Source of the DNA: Actinomycetales bacterium
GTDB lineage: Bacteria > Actinomycetota > Actinomycetes > Actinomycetales > Demequinaceae
Direction: 5' to 3'
DNA: 64,000 nt
NCBI GenBank assembly: GCA_038248935.1
Contig: JBBRWX010000002.1
Location: 2,986 to 66,985, forward strand
Shown here: positions 30,579-38,791 of the stretch, one piece after another
Position numbering within the stretch: the stretch's first letter is position 1
Layout of the letters: every line of letters starts with the position of its first letter
Translations under genes and position numbers: made by a program
The notes under the pieces: model-generated
The model's input: only the letters and a program-made list of their open reading frames with translations
Databases searched by the model: none
Told to the model about the DNA's origin: nothing

Positions 30579-31712
30579 TCACTCCTTGGTGACTCCAGTG
30601 GAGTCGAGGTCTCTCGACAGTCGCGGCAGGGTGAGGCTAAACGTGGCGCCCGTCGAAGGGCCATCGCTCGTTGCGACGAGCGTGCCGTCGTGAGCGATGG
30701 CAATGGCCATGGCGATCGACAGCCCGATCCCCGAACCTCCGTGAGCACGGTCCCGCGCGACGTCGACACGGAAGAACCTGTCGAAGACTCGAGGGAGGTC
30801 TCGTGCCGCGATGCCCTCGCCTGAGTCCTGCACGCTCACGCGCACGGATGCGGCTTCCGCAATCACGTCAACCTGTACGACGCCACCCGAGGGAGTGTGC
30901 TGTCGAGCGTTCTGGAGCAGATTGGTGAGAACCTGACCAATCCGGTCTGGGTCTGCGTTCACCATGAGGCCTGGCTCGCTGGTCAGTTCAAGCGTAAGCC
31001 CACACTCGGCAAGGCGGTCGGACGCTTGGGCAACCGCCCCCCGCACTACCGTGTCGATGTCGATGGGGCGCCGGTGAAGGGACAGCCGGCCCTCCTCCGC
31101 CGAGGTCACGAGGGCCACATCGGCGGAAAGCCGCGCGAGTCGATCCACCTGGGCCTGCATCGTCCGAACCGTCGGCTCGTCGAGACGCTCCACGCCATCC
31201 TCTACCGCCTCGAGGTAGGCGGCGAGCACGGCGAGCGGTGTGCGCATCTCGTGAGCAAGGTCGGCGAGCATTCGTGTGCGAGTGTCCTCGACGTGCGCCA
31301 ATTCAGTTGCCATGGCGGTGAAGGCTTCCGCAACCCGATCAAATTCTGGCCCGATTCCGGGAGCGACGACGGTGACGTTGCGTTCGCCTGTGGCGACGCG
31401 ATGGGCGGCCTGCGCGAACGGGGCGAGCGACCGTCGAATCCGGCGCGCAATGAGGACGCTGACGCCCGCCGATGCGATCAAGGCCGTGAGCAGAGCGATC
31501 GAAAGCGCGATGGCCGATGCCGTGCCATAAGCACGCTCGGCATGGTTCGTCGGGCTTTCGCCGGTTTCCACGGCGCGGAGAAGATGCTCATGGAAAAGGC
31601 TAGGACCTATGGTCGCGCCGACGGCCCAGGCGGTAGCCGCTCCCACGACGACCACGACCGCGATAGCCAATATCAGGCGAGTGGCCAGATCAGTGCGATC
31701 CACCGGCGCCAT
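30579..31712 (-). CDS. sensor histidine kinase (HAMP-HisKA-HATPase)
   Basis: H-box LADLAHEMRTPLAVL, N-box LTNLLQNARQHTP, G-boxes DSGEGI and GGSGIGLSIA. Two TM helices flank a short (about 35 aa) His-containing loop (FHEHLL...TNHAE). Start is ATG 31712 or GTG 31724 (a GTGA overlap with the regulator). Confidence 0.9.
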   Translation of the reverse strand: MAPVDRTDLATRLILAIAVVVVVGAATAWAVGATIGPSLFHEHLLRAVETGESPTNHAERAYGTASAIALSIALLTALIASAGVSVLIARRIRRSLAPFAQAAHRVATGERNVTVVAPGIGPEFDRVAEAFTAMATELAHVEDTRTRMLADLAHEMRTPLAVLAAYLEAVEDGVERLDEPTVRTMQAQVDRLARLSADVALVTSAEEGRLSLHRRPIDIDTVVRGAVAQASDRLAECGLTLELTSEPGLMVNADPDRIGQVLTNLLQNARQHTPSGGVVQVDVIAEAASVRVSVQDSGEGIAARDLPRVFDRFFRVDVARDRAHGGSGIGLSIAMAIAIAHDGTLVATSDGPSTGATFSLTLPRLSRDLDSTGVTKE

Positions 31713-31720
31713 CCACCGCC

Positions 31721-32458
31721 TCACGTGCCCGGACCAAGCCGGTAGCCGTATCCGCGCACGGTTTGCACATACAGGGGTGCGGCCGTGTCGTCGCCGAGCT
31801 TTCGACGCACATGTCCCAGGTGAACGTCGACAAGGTGCGGGTCCCCGAACCAACCGGAGCCCCATACCTGCTCGGTGAGCTGGTCCCGCGAGAAGGCCCT
31901 GCGCGGGTGCCGCACCAATACCGCGAGCACATCGAATTCCGTGCGTGTGAGGTCAACGACTCGGCCCGCGACGCGGACCTCTCTGGCAGTGAGGTTCATC
32001 GTGAGTTCGCCGACGGTGAGCAACTCGGTCGGTTCCGGATCGGCCACGCCACCCACAAAACTCCTTGGGCGCCGCAACATCACACCCACCCGCGCCACAA
32101 GTTCGCGAGGACTGAACGGTTTGGTCAGATAGTCGTCTGCACCGACCGACAACCCGATCAAGCGGTCGACCTCCTCGACCCGCGCGGTCAGGATGATCAC
32201 GTAGCAATCGCTGAAGGTCCGGAGTGTTCGGCACACCTCGATGCCATCTGCGCCAGGCAAGCCGAGGTCCAAGACCACGACATCGGGCGGATTGGCCCGC
32301 GCGAACGCTATCGCCTCACGACCATCGCGCACCACGTCCGTGTCGTAACCATCGCGCGACAGGTACGAGGCGATCAATCGGCCGAGCGACTCTTCGTCCT
32401 CCACCACCAGGATGCGCGCACGCACCGAGGGCCCTTGCGAGGCGACTGGAGTGCTCAT
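31721..32458 (-). CDS. OmpR/PhoB-family response regulator
   Basis: ATG at 32458 (MSTPVASQGPSVRARILVVEDEE). Receiver Asp region VVVLDLGLPGADG. Winged-helix C-terminus ...VQTVRGYGYRL. Confidence 0.92.
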   Translation of the reverse strand: MSTPVASQGPSVRARILVVEDEESLGRLIASYLSRDGYDTDVVRDGREAIAFARANPPDVVVLDLGLPGADGIEVCRTLRTFSDCYVIILTARVEEVDRLIGLSVGADDYLTKPFSPRELVARVGVMLRRPRSFVGGVADPEPTELLTVGELTMNLTAREVRVAGRVVDLTRTEFDVLAVLVRHPRRAFSRDQLTEQVWGSGWFGDPHLVDVHLGHVRRKLGDDTAAPLYVQTVRGYGYRLGPGT

Positions 32459-32555
32459 GGGCCAATCCTGACACTTGCGTGGGAGACCGTGCACATCCTC
32501 ACAGATGACGAACTCCCCAGCATCCCCCCGCCAGAGGGAAGACCAGGGCTTTTCC

Positions 32556-32630
32556 TGGTGGGCGATACTGGGATCGAACCAGTGACCTCTTCCGTGTGAA
32601 GGAAGCGCGCTACCCCTGCGCCAATCGCCC
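32556..32630 (-). tRNA. tRNA-Val (anticodon CAC), CCA encoded
   Basis: The reverse complement reads GGGCGATTGGCGCAGGGGTAGCGCGCTTCCTTCACACGGAAGAGGTCACTGGTTCGATCCCAGTATCGCCCACCA. Cloverleaf arms and the TTCACAC anticodon loop are identifiable by eye. Confidence 0.9.
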
Positions 32631-32671
32631 CTAAGCGGACTCCATAGTAGCCGGTCCGGCAACCCCCTGCG

Positions 32672-33553
32672 CTACGTCGCGTCCCTGGTCCGCGCGGGCG
32701 CGGGATCGGATTCAATATCGGCGTGGAGTTCGTACACGTCGGACAGCTTGGTGAGCAGCGGCCCCGTGGCGACGTCGACGCCGTCGAGCCACACGATCGG
32801 CTGGACCCCACGGGTCGATGACGTGACCGCGGCAAAGGCGGTGCCACGCACCACCTCGTCAAGCACCGACATCTCCAACTCGCCGGGCGCCGCGACCCGC
32901 ACGGGCATTCCCGTGCCCGCCCCCCACTCAAGCGCAAGACCTCGAGTAATGCCCGCGAGACAGCCCGAAGACAGTGGCGGGGTCAGGATTTCCCCTCGCC
33001 GCTCGATAAAGATGTTCGATCCGGTGCCCTCACACAGGTAGCCGTACGTGTTGGACATGATCGCCTCGTCGGCTCCCTTGCCCGCCGCAAACTGCGCCAT
33101 GACCACGTTCTCGGCGTAGGAGGTGGACTTGACACCCGCGATCGCCGACCGCTCGTTGCGCTTCCATGGAACCCTCGTGGCCCTGCACGCGCTTGGCACG
33201 GCGCCCGGACCTCCCCAAATCACGACGTTGGGCGCGCCTGTGCCCCGCACGGAGCTCATCGGTCCCGGCCCGGAAACGACCGTGATGCGCAACCTCACCA
33301 CGTCGGCAGGGCTCGTCGCGACCACTTGCCGCACGCCTTCCCTGACGACCGCCATGTCGACCGAGCGCATTCCCATGCGGTCGAGCGAGTACTGAAGGCG
33401 GACCAGATGGCGCGTCAGAGCGAAGGCTTGGCCCTTGCGCACCGCCAGGGTCTCAAACACCCCATCCCCCACGGTGAAGCCGTGATTACCGGCCAAGATG
33501 ACCGGCTCATTGACGGCGTGCAAGGCTCCATCTACCCACAGGACGGCACTCAT
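32672..33553 (-). CDS. pabC: class IV aminotransferase, aminodeoxychorismate lyase-like
   Basis: GDGVFETLAVRKG ... LCEGTGSNIFI ... GCLAGITR fold-type IV motifs. ATGA-type overlap with the upstream chorismate-binding enzyme. Confidence 0.8.
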   Translation of the reverse strand: MSAVLWVDGALHAVNEPVILAGNHGFTVGDGVFETLAVRKGQAFALTRHLVRLQYSLDRMGMRSVDMAVVREGVRQVVATSPADVVRLRITVVSGPGPMSSVRGTGAPNVVIWGGPGAVPSACRATRVPWKRNERSAIAGVKSTSYAENVVMAQFAAGKGADEAIMSNTYGYLCEGTGSNIFIERRGEILTPPLSSGCLAGITRGLALEWGAGTGMPVRVAAPGELEMSVLDEVVRGTAFAAVTSSTRGVQPIVWLDGVDVATGPLLTKLSDVYELHADIESDPAPARTRDAT

Positions 33554-34656
33554 GTGCCCATTGTGTCTGTCGAAGCCAGGCCGATCAACCGCCGCGCCTT
33601 AAGCCCCGTCTCTTCCCACTCGGCCGCGGGCTCAGATCCCCAGGTGATACCCGCGCCGGTACCAAAGCGAAAGGTACCTCCAGCATCGTCTTTCCACCAG
33701 AAGGTGCGAATACCGACGGCGAGTTCCGCGATCCGCAAATCGGCGTCGATCCAGCCGATCGCGCCGCAATACGGTCCTCTCGCCACTGGCTCCTCCCTCG
33801 CGATGATCCGCAGCGCCGATGCCTTGGGCGCCCCGCTCACCGAGCCCGGCGGGAACGTGCCGTCGAAGAGCGCGCCCCACATCCTCTCGGTCCAGTCGAA
33901 GGAGGGCGCCAGTCGGGCGCTGACGGTCGACTGGAGGTGGGAGAGGCCCGGGTGCTGATGCACACCCAGCAACTCGGGCACACAGACGCTTCCGGGCGCC
34001 GCGACGTGCGAGAGGTCGTTGCGAATTAGGTCCGTGATCATGACGTTTTCGGCCTCGTCCTTGGGGAGCATCGGCACCCCAAGCGCGGCCGTCCCCTTGA
34101 TGGGCGACGACGAGACAACACCCCCGTCGACCCTGAGAAACAACTCAGGGGACGCCGAGACGATCCAGGCGCCAGGCATCGAGCCCGACTCAGGGATGAC
34201 GATGCGTGCCGCATGTCTAGCCGGGTTGCCTTTCGACAAGACGTGGGACAGCGCGACGGCGTCGGGCCCTGGGGAAGCCGACGGCAGCGGCGCGCTCATC
34301 ACCCTGCACAGGTTGACCTGGTACACGTCGCCGTCGCGAATGTCCGCCCTGATCGCATCGACCCCCTCCATGTAGCGCGCCTCGTCCAAGGACGTGTCCC
34401 ACGCGGAGCGCGCCGGGCCTTGCCATTGCCGCGCGGCCTCCCTGGGCTCCCGCACGCCCGGGCCGCGTTCGACCTCGGCGAACCGCCAGGCGTCGATCCG
34501 GCCCTCAAACGTGGCCACCACCACCCAGAAGCCACCCGCCGCCAGGCGTTCGGGGTGCGCCGCGGCATCGACGTATTCGACAGGCCTCGACGCGCGCACT
34601 CCCCTGAACGCCGCGCTTCCACGCCTGCGGGGATCATCGTTCCAGGTCATGCGCAC
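33550..34656 (-). CDS. pabB: chorismate-binding enzyme, aminodeoxychorismate synthase component I-like
   Basis: GDVYQVNLCR, GSVSGAPKASA, RGPYCGAIGW and GAGITWGSEPAAEWEET motifs. Short form (368 aa). Confidence 0.8.
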   Translation of the reverse strand: MRMTWNDDPRRRGSAAFRGVRASRPVEYVDAAAHPERLAAGGFWVVVATFEGRIDAWRFAEVERGPGVREPREAARQWQGPARSAWDTSLDEARYMEGVDAIRADIRDGDVYQVNLCRVMSAPLPSASPGPDAVALSHVLSKGNPARHAARIVIPESGSMPGAWIVSASPELFLRVDGGVVSSSPIKGTAALGVPMLPKDEAENVMITDLIRNDLSHVAAPGSVCVPELLGVHQHPGLSHLQSTVSARLAPSFDWTERMWGALFDGTFPPGSVSGAPKASALRIIAREEPVARGPYCGAIGWIDADLRIAELAVGIRTFWWKDDAGGTFRFGTGAGITWGSEPAAEWEETGLKARRLIGLASTDTMGT

Positions 34657-34760
34657 ACGCTAGTCGTTCACCCTGCAACGCGCCGGGCACGATGAATTGG
34701 TGTTGACGGCTCCCATCGGCTAACGTTGTCACTCGGTCCGGACCCCAGGTTTCGGACCAT

Positions 34761-34833
34761 GCGGACGTGGCTCAGTTGGTAGAGCATCACCTTGCCAAGG
34801 TGAGGGTCGCGGGTTCGAATCCCGTCGTCCGCT
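34761..34833 (+). tRNA. tRNA-Gly (anticodon GCC)
   Basis: GCGGACGTGGCTCAGTTGGTAGAGCATCACCTTGCCAAGGTGAGGGTCGCGGGTTCGAATCCCGTCGTCCGCT. Anticodon loop TTGCCAA. CCA not encoded. Confidence 0.9.
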
Positions 34834-34871
34834 CGGTGGGCCGGCACCTTTTCGGCGCCGGCGATCACAGC

Positions 34872-34942
34872 GGTGGAGTGGCCGAGAGGCGAGGCAGCGG
34901 CCTGCAAAGCCGTCCACACGGGTTCGAATCCCGTCTCCACCT
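34872..34942 (+). tRNA. tRNA-Cys (anticodon GCA)
   Basis: GGTGGAGTGGCCGAGAGGCGAGGCAGCGGCCTGCAAAGCCGTCCACACGGGTTCGAATCCCGTCTCCACCT. Anticodon loop CTGCAAA. Confidence 0.88.
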
Positions 34943-34970
34943 CGTATCAAGCAGTACCCGAGCTCGTCTC

Positions 34971-35045
34971 GGGCGATTGGCGCAGCGGTAGCGCGCTTCC
35001 CTGACACGGAAGAGGTCACTGGTTCGATCCCAGTATCGCCCACCA
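34971..35045 (+). tRNA. tRNA-Val (anticodon GAC), CCA encoded
   Basis: GGGCGATTGGCGCAGCGGTAGCGCGCTTCCCTGACACGGAAGAGGTCACTGGTTCGATCCCAGTATCGCCCACCA. Differs from the Val(CAC) gene at 3 of 75 positions. Confidence 0.9.
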
Positions 35046-35228
35046 GTAGTTCTGAATTTCAGAGGCCGTTTCGGACACCGTCCGGAGCGGCCCTTCTGCC
35101 GTTGCGACGCAAGCGGGTGCGCGGCGTCAGCGGAGGCATCTTCAGCGCCTCGCGCGGTTCACCTGCCTGGGCGAACCGGTCGAAGATTCACCGGATAGCC
35201 TCCGGGGCGAGAATACCGAGCCCCGTCG

Positions 35229-36194
35229 TCACCAGTCGAGCGGGCCATCCACAACAATGTCCGCCGAGAAGCTGCGGATCGCCGCGACGGTCTCCTCCGG
35301 CAGCGTCTCGGACGCGGCGGCTATCGAGTCGTGCAGCAACTCCACGGTCCGGGCCCCAGGGATCACCGTGGAGACGCTGTCATTCGCCAGGAGGAAGCGC
35401 AGCGCGCCCTGCGGCACAGAGACCCCCTCGGGCAGAAGCGAGCGGAACTTGTCGACGAGGCCGGCCCGCAGCGCGACGTCCTCGCGGGACCAACGCGAGC
35501 GGACCCCGCTAAACACCGTCTCGGCGGTGTACCTGCCCGAGAGCCAACCGGACTCCAGCGGGACCTTAATGATCGTGCCGACGCCCCGTTCGCCGGCGCG
35601 CTCGACACCTGGCCACGTCTCCTGGAACAGAACGGACATCCGCACCTCCAGGGCCTGGCTCGCACTGGTTTGCAGCACAGTGTCGATGTCGGCGCTCCAG
35701 TCCACCGAGGCCCCATAGGCCCGGATGATCCCGCGCTGCTTGAGCTCCTCGAGCACGTCGTAGTGCTCGCTCAGGGTCCCATCGAGGACCTCTGACGGCG
35801 GCGAGTGCAGCAAGACGATGTCCAGGTGGTCGGTGCCCATGCGCCCGGCGCTGGCCAGAACCGAATCCTCGATGCTGCTCGGGTCCCAATCGCTGATGCC
35901 ATCGGCGCGATGCCCGAACTTGGTGCAGAGCACGACGCCGTCGCGTCGTCCGCCCTGCAGGGCTGCGCCGAGGGCCGTCTCGCTGCGACCCTCGCCATAC
36001 CCCGGGGCGGTGTCGATAAAGGTGACGCCAGCGTCGAGCGCCGCGTGGACCAGGCGGACGGCCTCGTCCTCGTCAGGGCCGTCAGGCCATTGCGACGATC
36101 GGACGAGCTGCCAGGCTCCAAGTCCGACCTCGCTGACCTCGATACCGGTCGTGCCAAACACTCGGGTTTCCACGATAACTCCTCTCGCGGGCAC
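35229..36194 (-). CDS. aldo/keto reductase
   Basis: VFGTTGIEVSEVGLGAWQL ... FIDTAPGYGEGRSE ... typical AKR layout, 321 aa. Confidence 0.88.
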   Translation of the reverse strand: MPARGVIVETRVFGTTGIEVSEVGLGAWQLVRSSQWPDGPDEDEAVRLVHAALDAGVTFIDTAPGYGEGRSETALGAALQGGRRDGVVLCTKFGHRADGISDWDPSSIEDSVLASAGRMGTDHLDIVLLHSPPSEVLDGTLSEHYDVLEELKQRGIIRAYGASVDWSADIDTVLQTSASQALEVRMSVLFQETWPGVERAGERGVGTIIKVPLESGWLSGRYTAETVFSGVRSRWSREDVALRAGLVDKFRSLLPEGVSVPQGALRFLLANDSVSTVIPGARTVELLHDSIAAASETLPEETVAAIRSFSADIVVDGPLDW

Positions 36195-36323
36195 GCCCGC
36201 GGTGCGACGTACACAACTGCAAATTCAACCTAGCACCGTGCTCGGCGGCGTCGAGGACGGTCCGCTCCTAACGTCGCTCACCAAGCCCCAACGCCCCGCC
36301 AACCTCGGGGTGGGGCCTCTGCG

Positions 36324-37085
36324 TCAGCCGCCTCCGCCGAGGGAGCCGACAGCCCTGGCGATGACGAGTAATGAAGTCAGGAGTGCAGCGGTCGCCTGTA
36401 GGCCCATGAGAACCTTGGCCCTTGAGGACAGCGGCATCGTGTCAGTCGGGCTGAAGGCGCTCGAGTTCGTCAGGGACATGTAGAGGTAGTCAACGAAGGT
36501 AGGCACCCACCCGCTGGGCACACTGGCGCCGATCGCAACCTCCGGGGCAGCGTCGGCGTTCTCGTCCTGGGAGAAGCGCCAATCAGCGGGCGGCATACGG
36601 TCGCGGCGCTCGGTTCTTCGTGCGACTGGCCCTCCCCGGTCGATCTCCCACGCGAGGAGTGCAAACCCGATGACGTTCGTCAGCCACACCTGCAGCCCCC
36701 CGACAAGCAGCGCGGTCGGCGGAGCGTCTGGCGAACCAAGGCTCGCGACGAGCAGGCCGAGAGAGAACAGATTGGCGAGGATCACGACGGCGGCGAGAAC
36801 CACCGACGCCCATCGTGACCAGCGGGTCCGACGCACCATCCGCCACGGGTTGGCGGCGACAAGCGCGGCCAGAAGAAGGAGCTCGAGCGCCGGAATCACC
36901 AAGCGCGGCCCGAGAAGCAGCGTCTGTGGTAACAGTGCATAGGTCACCGCGGCGACCGCGACCGCCAGAGCGGGAGGCCAACGGTGCTCCCCGTCTGCAA
37001 CACGGCGGAGCGCGAGCTCCTCGTCCAACGGATCCTTGGCGGCCACGACCCATCCTTCGTTCGAGGGTCCGGAGCCCCGGACCAA
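36324..37085 (-). CDS. DUF1345 domain-containing membrane protein
   Basis: The multi-TM protein ends in FVDYLYMSLTNSSAFSPTDTMPLSSRAKVLMGLQA, the conserved DUF1345 signature region. Confidence 0.8.
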   Translation of the reverse strand: MVRGSGPSNEGWVVAAKDPLDEELALRRVADGEHRWPPALAVAVAAVTYALLPQTLLLGPRLVIPALELLLLAALVAANPWRMVRRTRWSRWASVVLAAVVILANLFSLGLLVASLGSPDAPPTALLVGGLQVWLTNVIGFALLAWEIDRGGPVARRTERRDRMPPADWRFSQDENADAAPEVAIGASVPSGWVPTFVDYLYMSLTNSSAFSPTDTMPLSSRAKVLMGLQATAALLTSLLVIARAVGSLGGGG

Positions 37086-37156
37086 AGGCCCAGGCTACCC
37101 GCACCTCGCCGAATGTGCCGCGCACCTTCAACCCGGACGTCAGGTGGCAAGCGACG

Positions 37157-38731
37157 TCAGTCCGAGTCCCTCACTGCACGCGATTCGATCTCCGATAACA
37201 CCTCATCGGCGGCCTCCGGGCTCACGCGTCCGGTGCGCCGCGCCTCGATCGCCACCTCGCGCTCCACCTCGGCGGCGACCCTCAAAAGGTCGGCCACTGC
37301 ACGCTCATCTCCCGTGTCGTCGTCCACATCGCTCGCCCCGTGTCGTGCCGCGTAGAGAGCATCGTGTGCGGCGAGATATCCCTCGTATTGGAGCACCACC
37401 GCGCCGCGCACCCTGTCGGACACCTCGTCATCGTCCTTGCGCAGGCGGGCCAGAGCGGCCTCGAAAGCCTTCCGCCGCAACCTGGTCACCTCACGGCTCA
37501 CGTGGGACTCCCCACCCACGCCCAGGCGCCTCACAAGCGGCGCGAGGGTGAGGCCCTGGACCACCAAGGTAGCGAGCACCGTCGTCAGCCCAACAAAAAC
37601 AATGGTGTGTCGCGCGGGGAAGGCGGAGACCCCAGGGATCGTGGCAGGCAATGCGAGCGCCGTGGCAACAGTCACCACCCCCCTCATACCCGCCCACGCG
37701 GTCACCAGCGTCTCCTTGTGACCAACGGGAGTCGCCTCCGTCCTCCGGAAGACTCGTCGCGCCCTGCCAATCCACACGACAGCGAACAGCCACGCAAACC
37801 GCAACACGATGAGCAATGCCACCACCGCGATGGCGAGCTTCACGGTCGCGCGATCAAGAGGCTCCGACTCCAGAACATCGGTGAGTTCAAAACCGATGAA
37901 GACGAAGACCAAGCTGGTGATCAGGTAGTCGGCGTACTCCCACACCGCCCTGCCAAGCAGCCAACCGCCCGAAGTAATCGCGGTGTGGCTGTGGCTGCGC
38001 AAGAACAGGCCCAGGACCAAGACCGCGAGCACTCCCGACCCTTGAAGGTGGTCGGTCACCACGTAGACCACAAAGGGCACGGCGAGGGTCACAGTCGTTT
38101 CTGGGGCCGCAAGGTGCAGCTTGGCCAACGCGAAGTTGGTGAGCCACCCCGCGGCGAAGCCGATACCGACGCCGACGAAGAGGGCGAGCCCGAGGCTCTT
38201 GCCCAGTCCCCCCGACGAGAACCCCCCCGCAACCACTGCGCCGAGCGCGACCTTGTACATCACGAGCGCGGTCGCGTCGTTGAACATCCCCTCGCCCTCG
38301 AGGATGGTGACGAGTCGTCCCGGAAGCCGCAAGCGACGCGCCACGGCCGTCGCCGCGACGGGGTCCGGAGGCGCGACGATCGCCCCCAAGACGAATGCGG
38401 GGCCCCAATCCATGCCCAACCAGTGTGCGACAACCGCGGTCGCGGCCGCGCTCGCGACGGTGAGCCCCACCGCGAGGACCACGATGGGCCTTGCGTTTTC
38501 CTTGAACTCGCGCGCGCTCGCCTTCTGAGTCGCGGCGAACAAGAGCGGCGGAAGGACCAGCGGCAGGATGAGTTCCGGCTCGATCGCGATCGAAGGGACT
38601 CCTGGAACGAACGGCATTGCCAGCCCGAAGAGGGTCAACAGGATCGGCAAGGGTACGCGCCATTTGTCCGCGAGGGGCGTGAGAACGACTATTCCGGCGA
38701 GCAAGGCTCCGATGAGCAAGACAGTGGCCAC
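37157..38731 (-). CDS. Na+/H+ antiporter (CPA1, NhaP-type) with cytoplasmic C-terminal domain
   Basis: The first 380 aa are polytopic (ATAVVAHWL..., ILEGEGMFNDATALVMYKV, the CPA1 ND motif), followed by a soluble tail of about 130 aa. Confidence 0.9.
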   Translation of the reverse strand: MATVLLIGALLAGIVVLTPLADKWRVPLPILLTLFGLAMPFVPGVPSIAIEPELILPLVLPPLLFAATQKASAREFKENARPIVVLAVGLTVASAAATAVVAHWLGMDWGPAFVLGAIVAPPDPVAATAVARRLRLPGRLVTILEGEGMFNDATALVMYKVALGAVVAGGFSSGGLGKSLGLALFVGVGIGFAAGWLTNFALAKLHLAAPETTVTLAVPFVVYVVTDHLQGSGVLAVLVLGLFLRSHSHTAITSGGWLLGRAVWEYADYLITSLVFVFIGFELTDVLESEPLDRATVKLAIAVVALLIVLRFAWLFAVVWIGRARRVFRRTEATPVGHKETLVTAWAGMRGVVTVATALALPATIPGVSAFPARHTIVFVGLTTVLATLVVQGLTLAPLVRRLGVGGESHVSREVTRLRRKAFEAALARLRKDDDEVSDRVRGAVVLQYEGYLAAHDALYAARHGASDVDDDTGDERAVADLLRVAAEVEREVAIEARRTGRVSPEAADEVLSEIESRAVRDSD

Positions 38732-38791
38732 GGGACCAGACTCTCACCCTCGCGCGCATGCATGCGAAACGGGCGTTTCGCCAGCGGTCTG

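Noticed and set aside
24400-35100. tRNA-bounded genomic island hypothesis for the 24.4-32.5 kb and 35-46 kb variable regions.
   Set aside because: I found no integrase, recombinase, transposase or phage genes, and no direct repeat of either tRNA 3' end that would mark an att site. The gene content is metabolic and regulatory rather than mobile.
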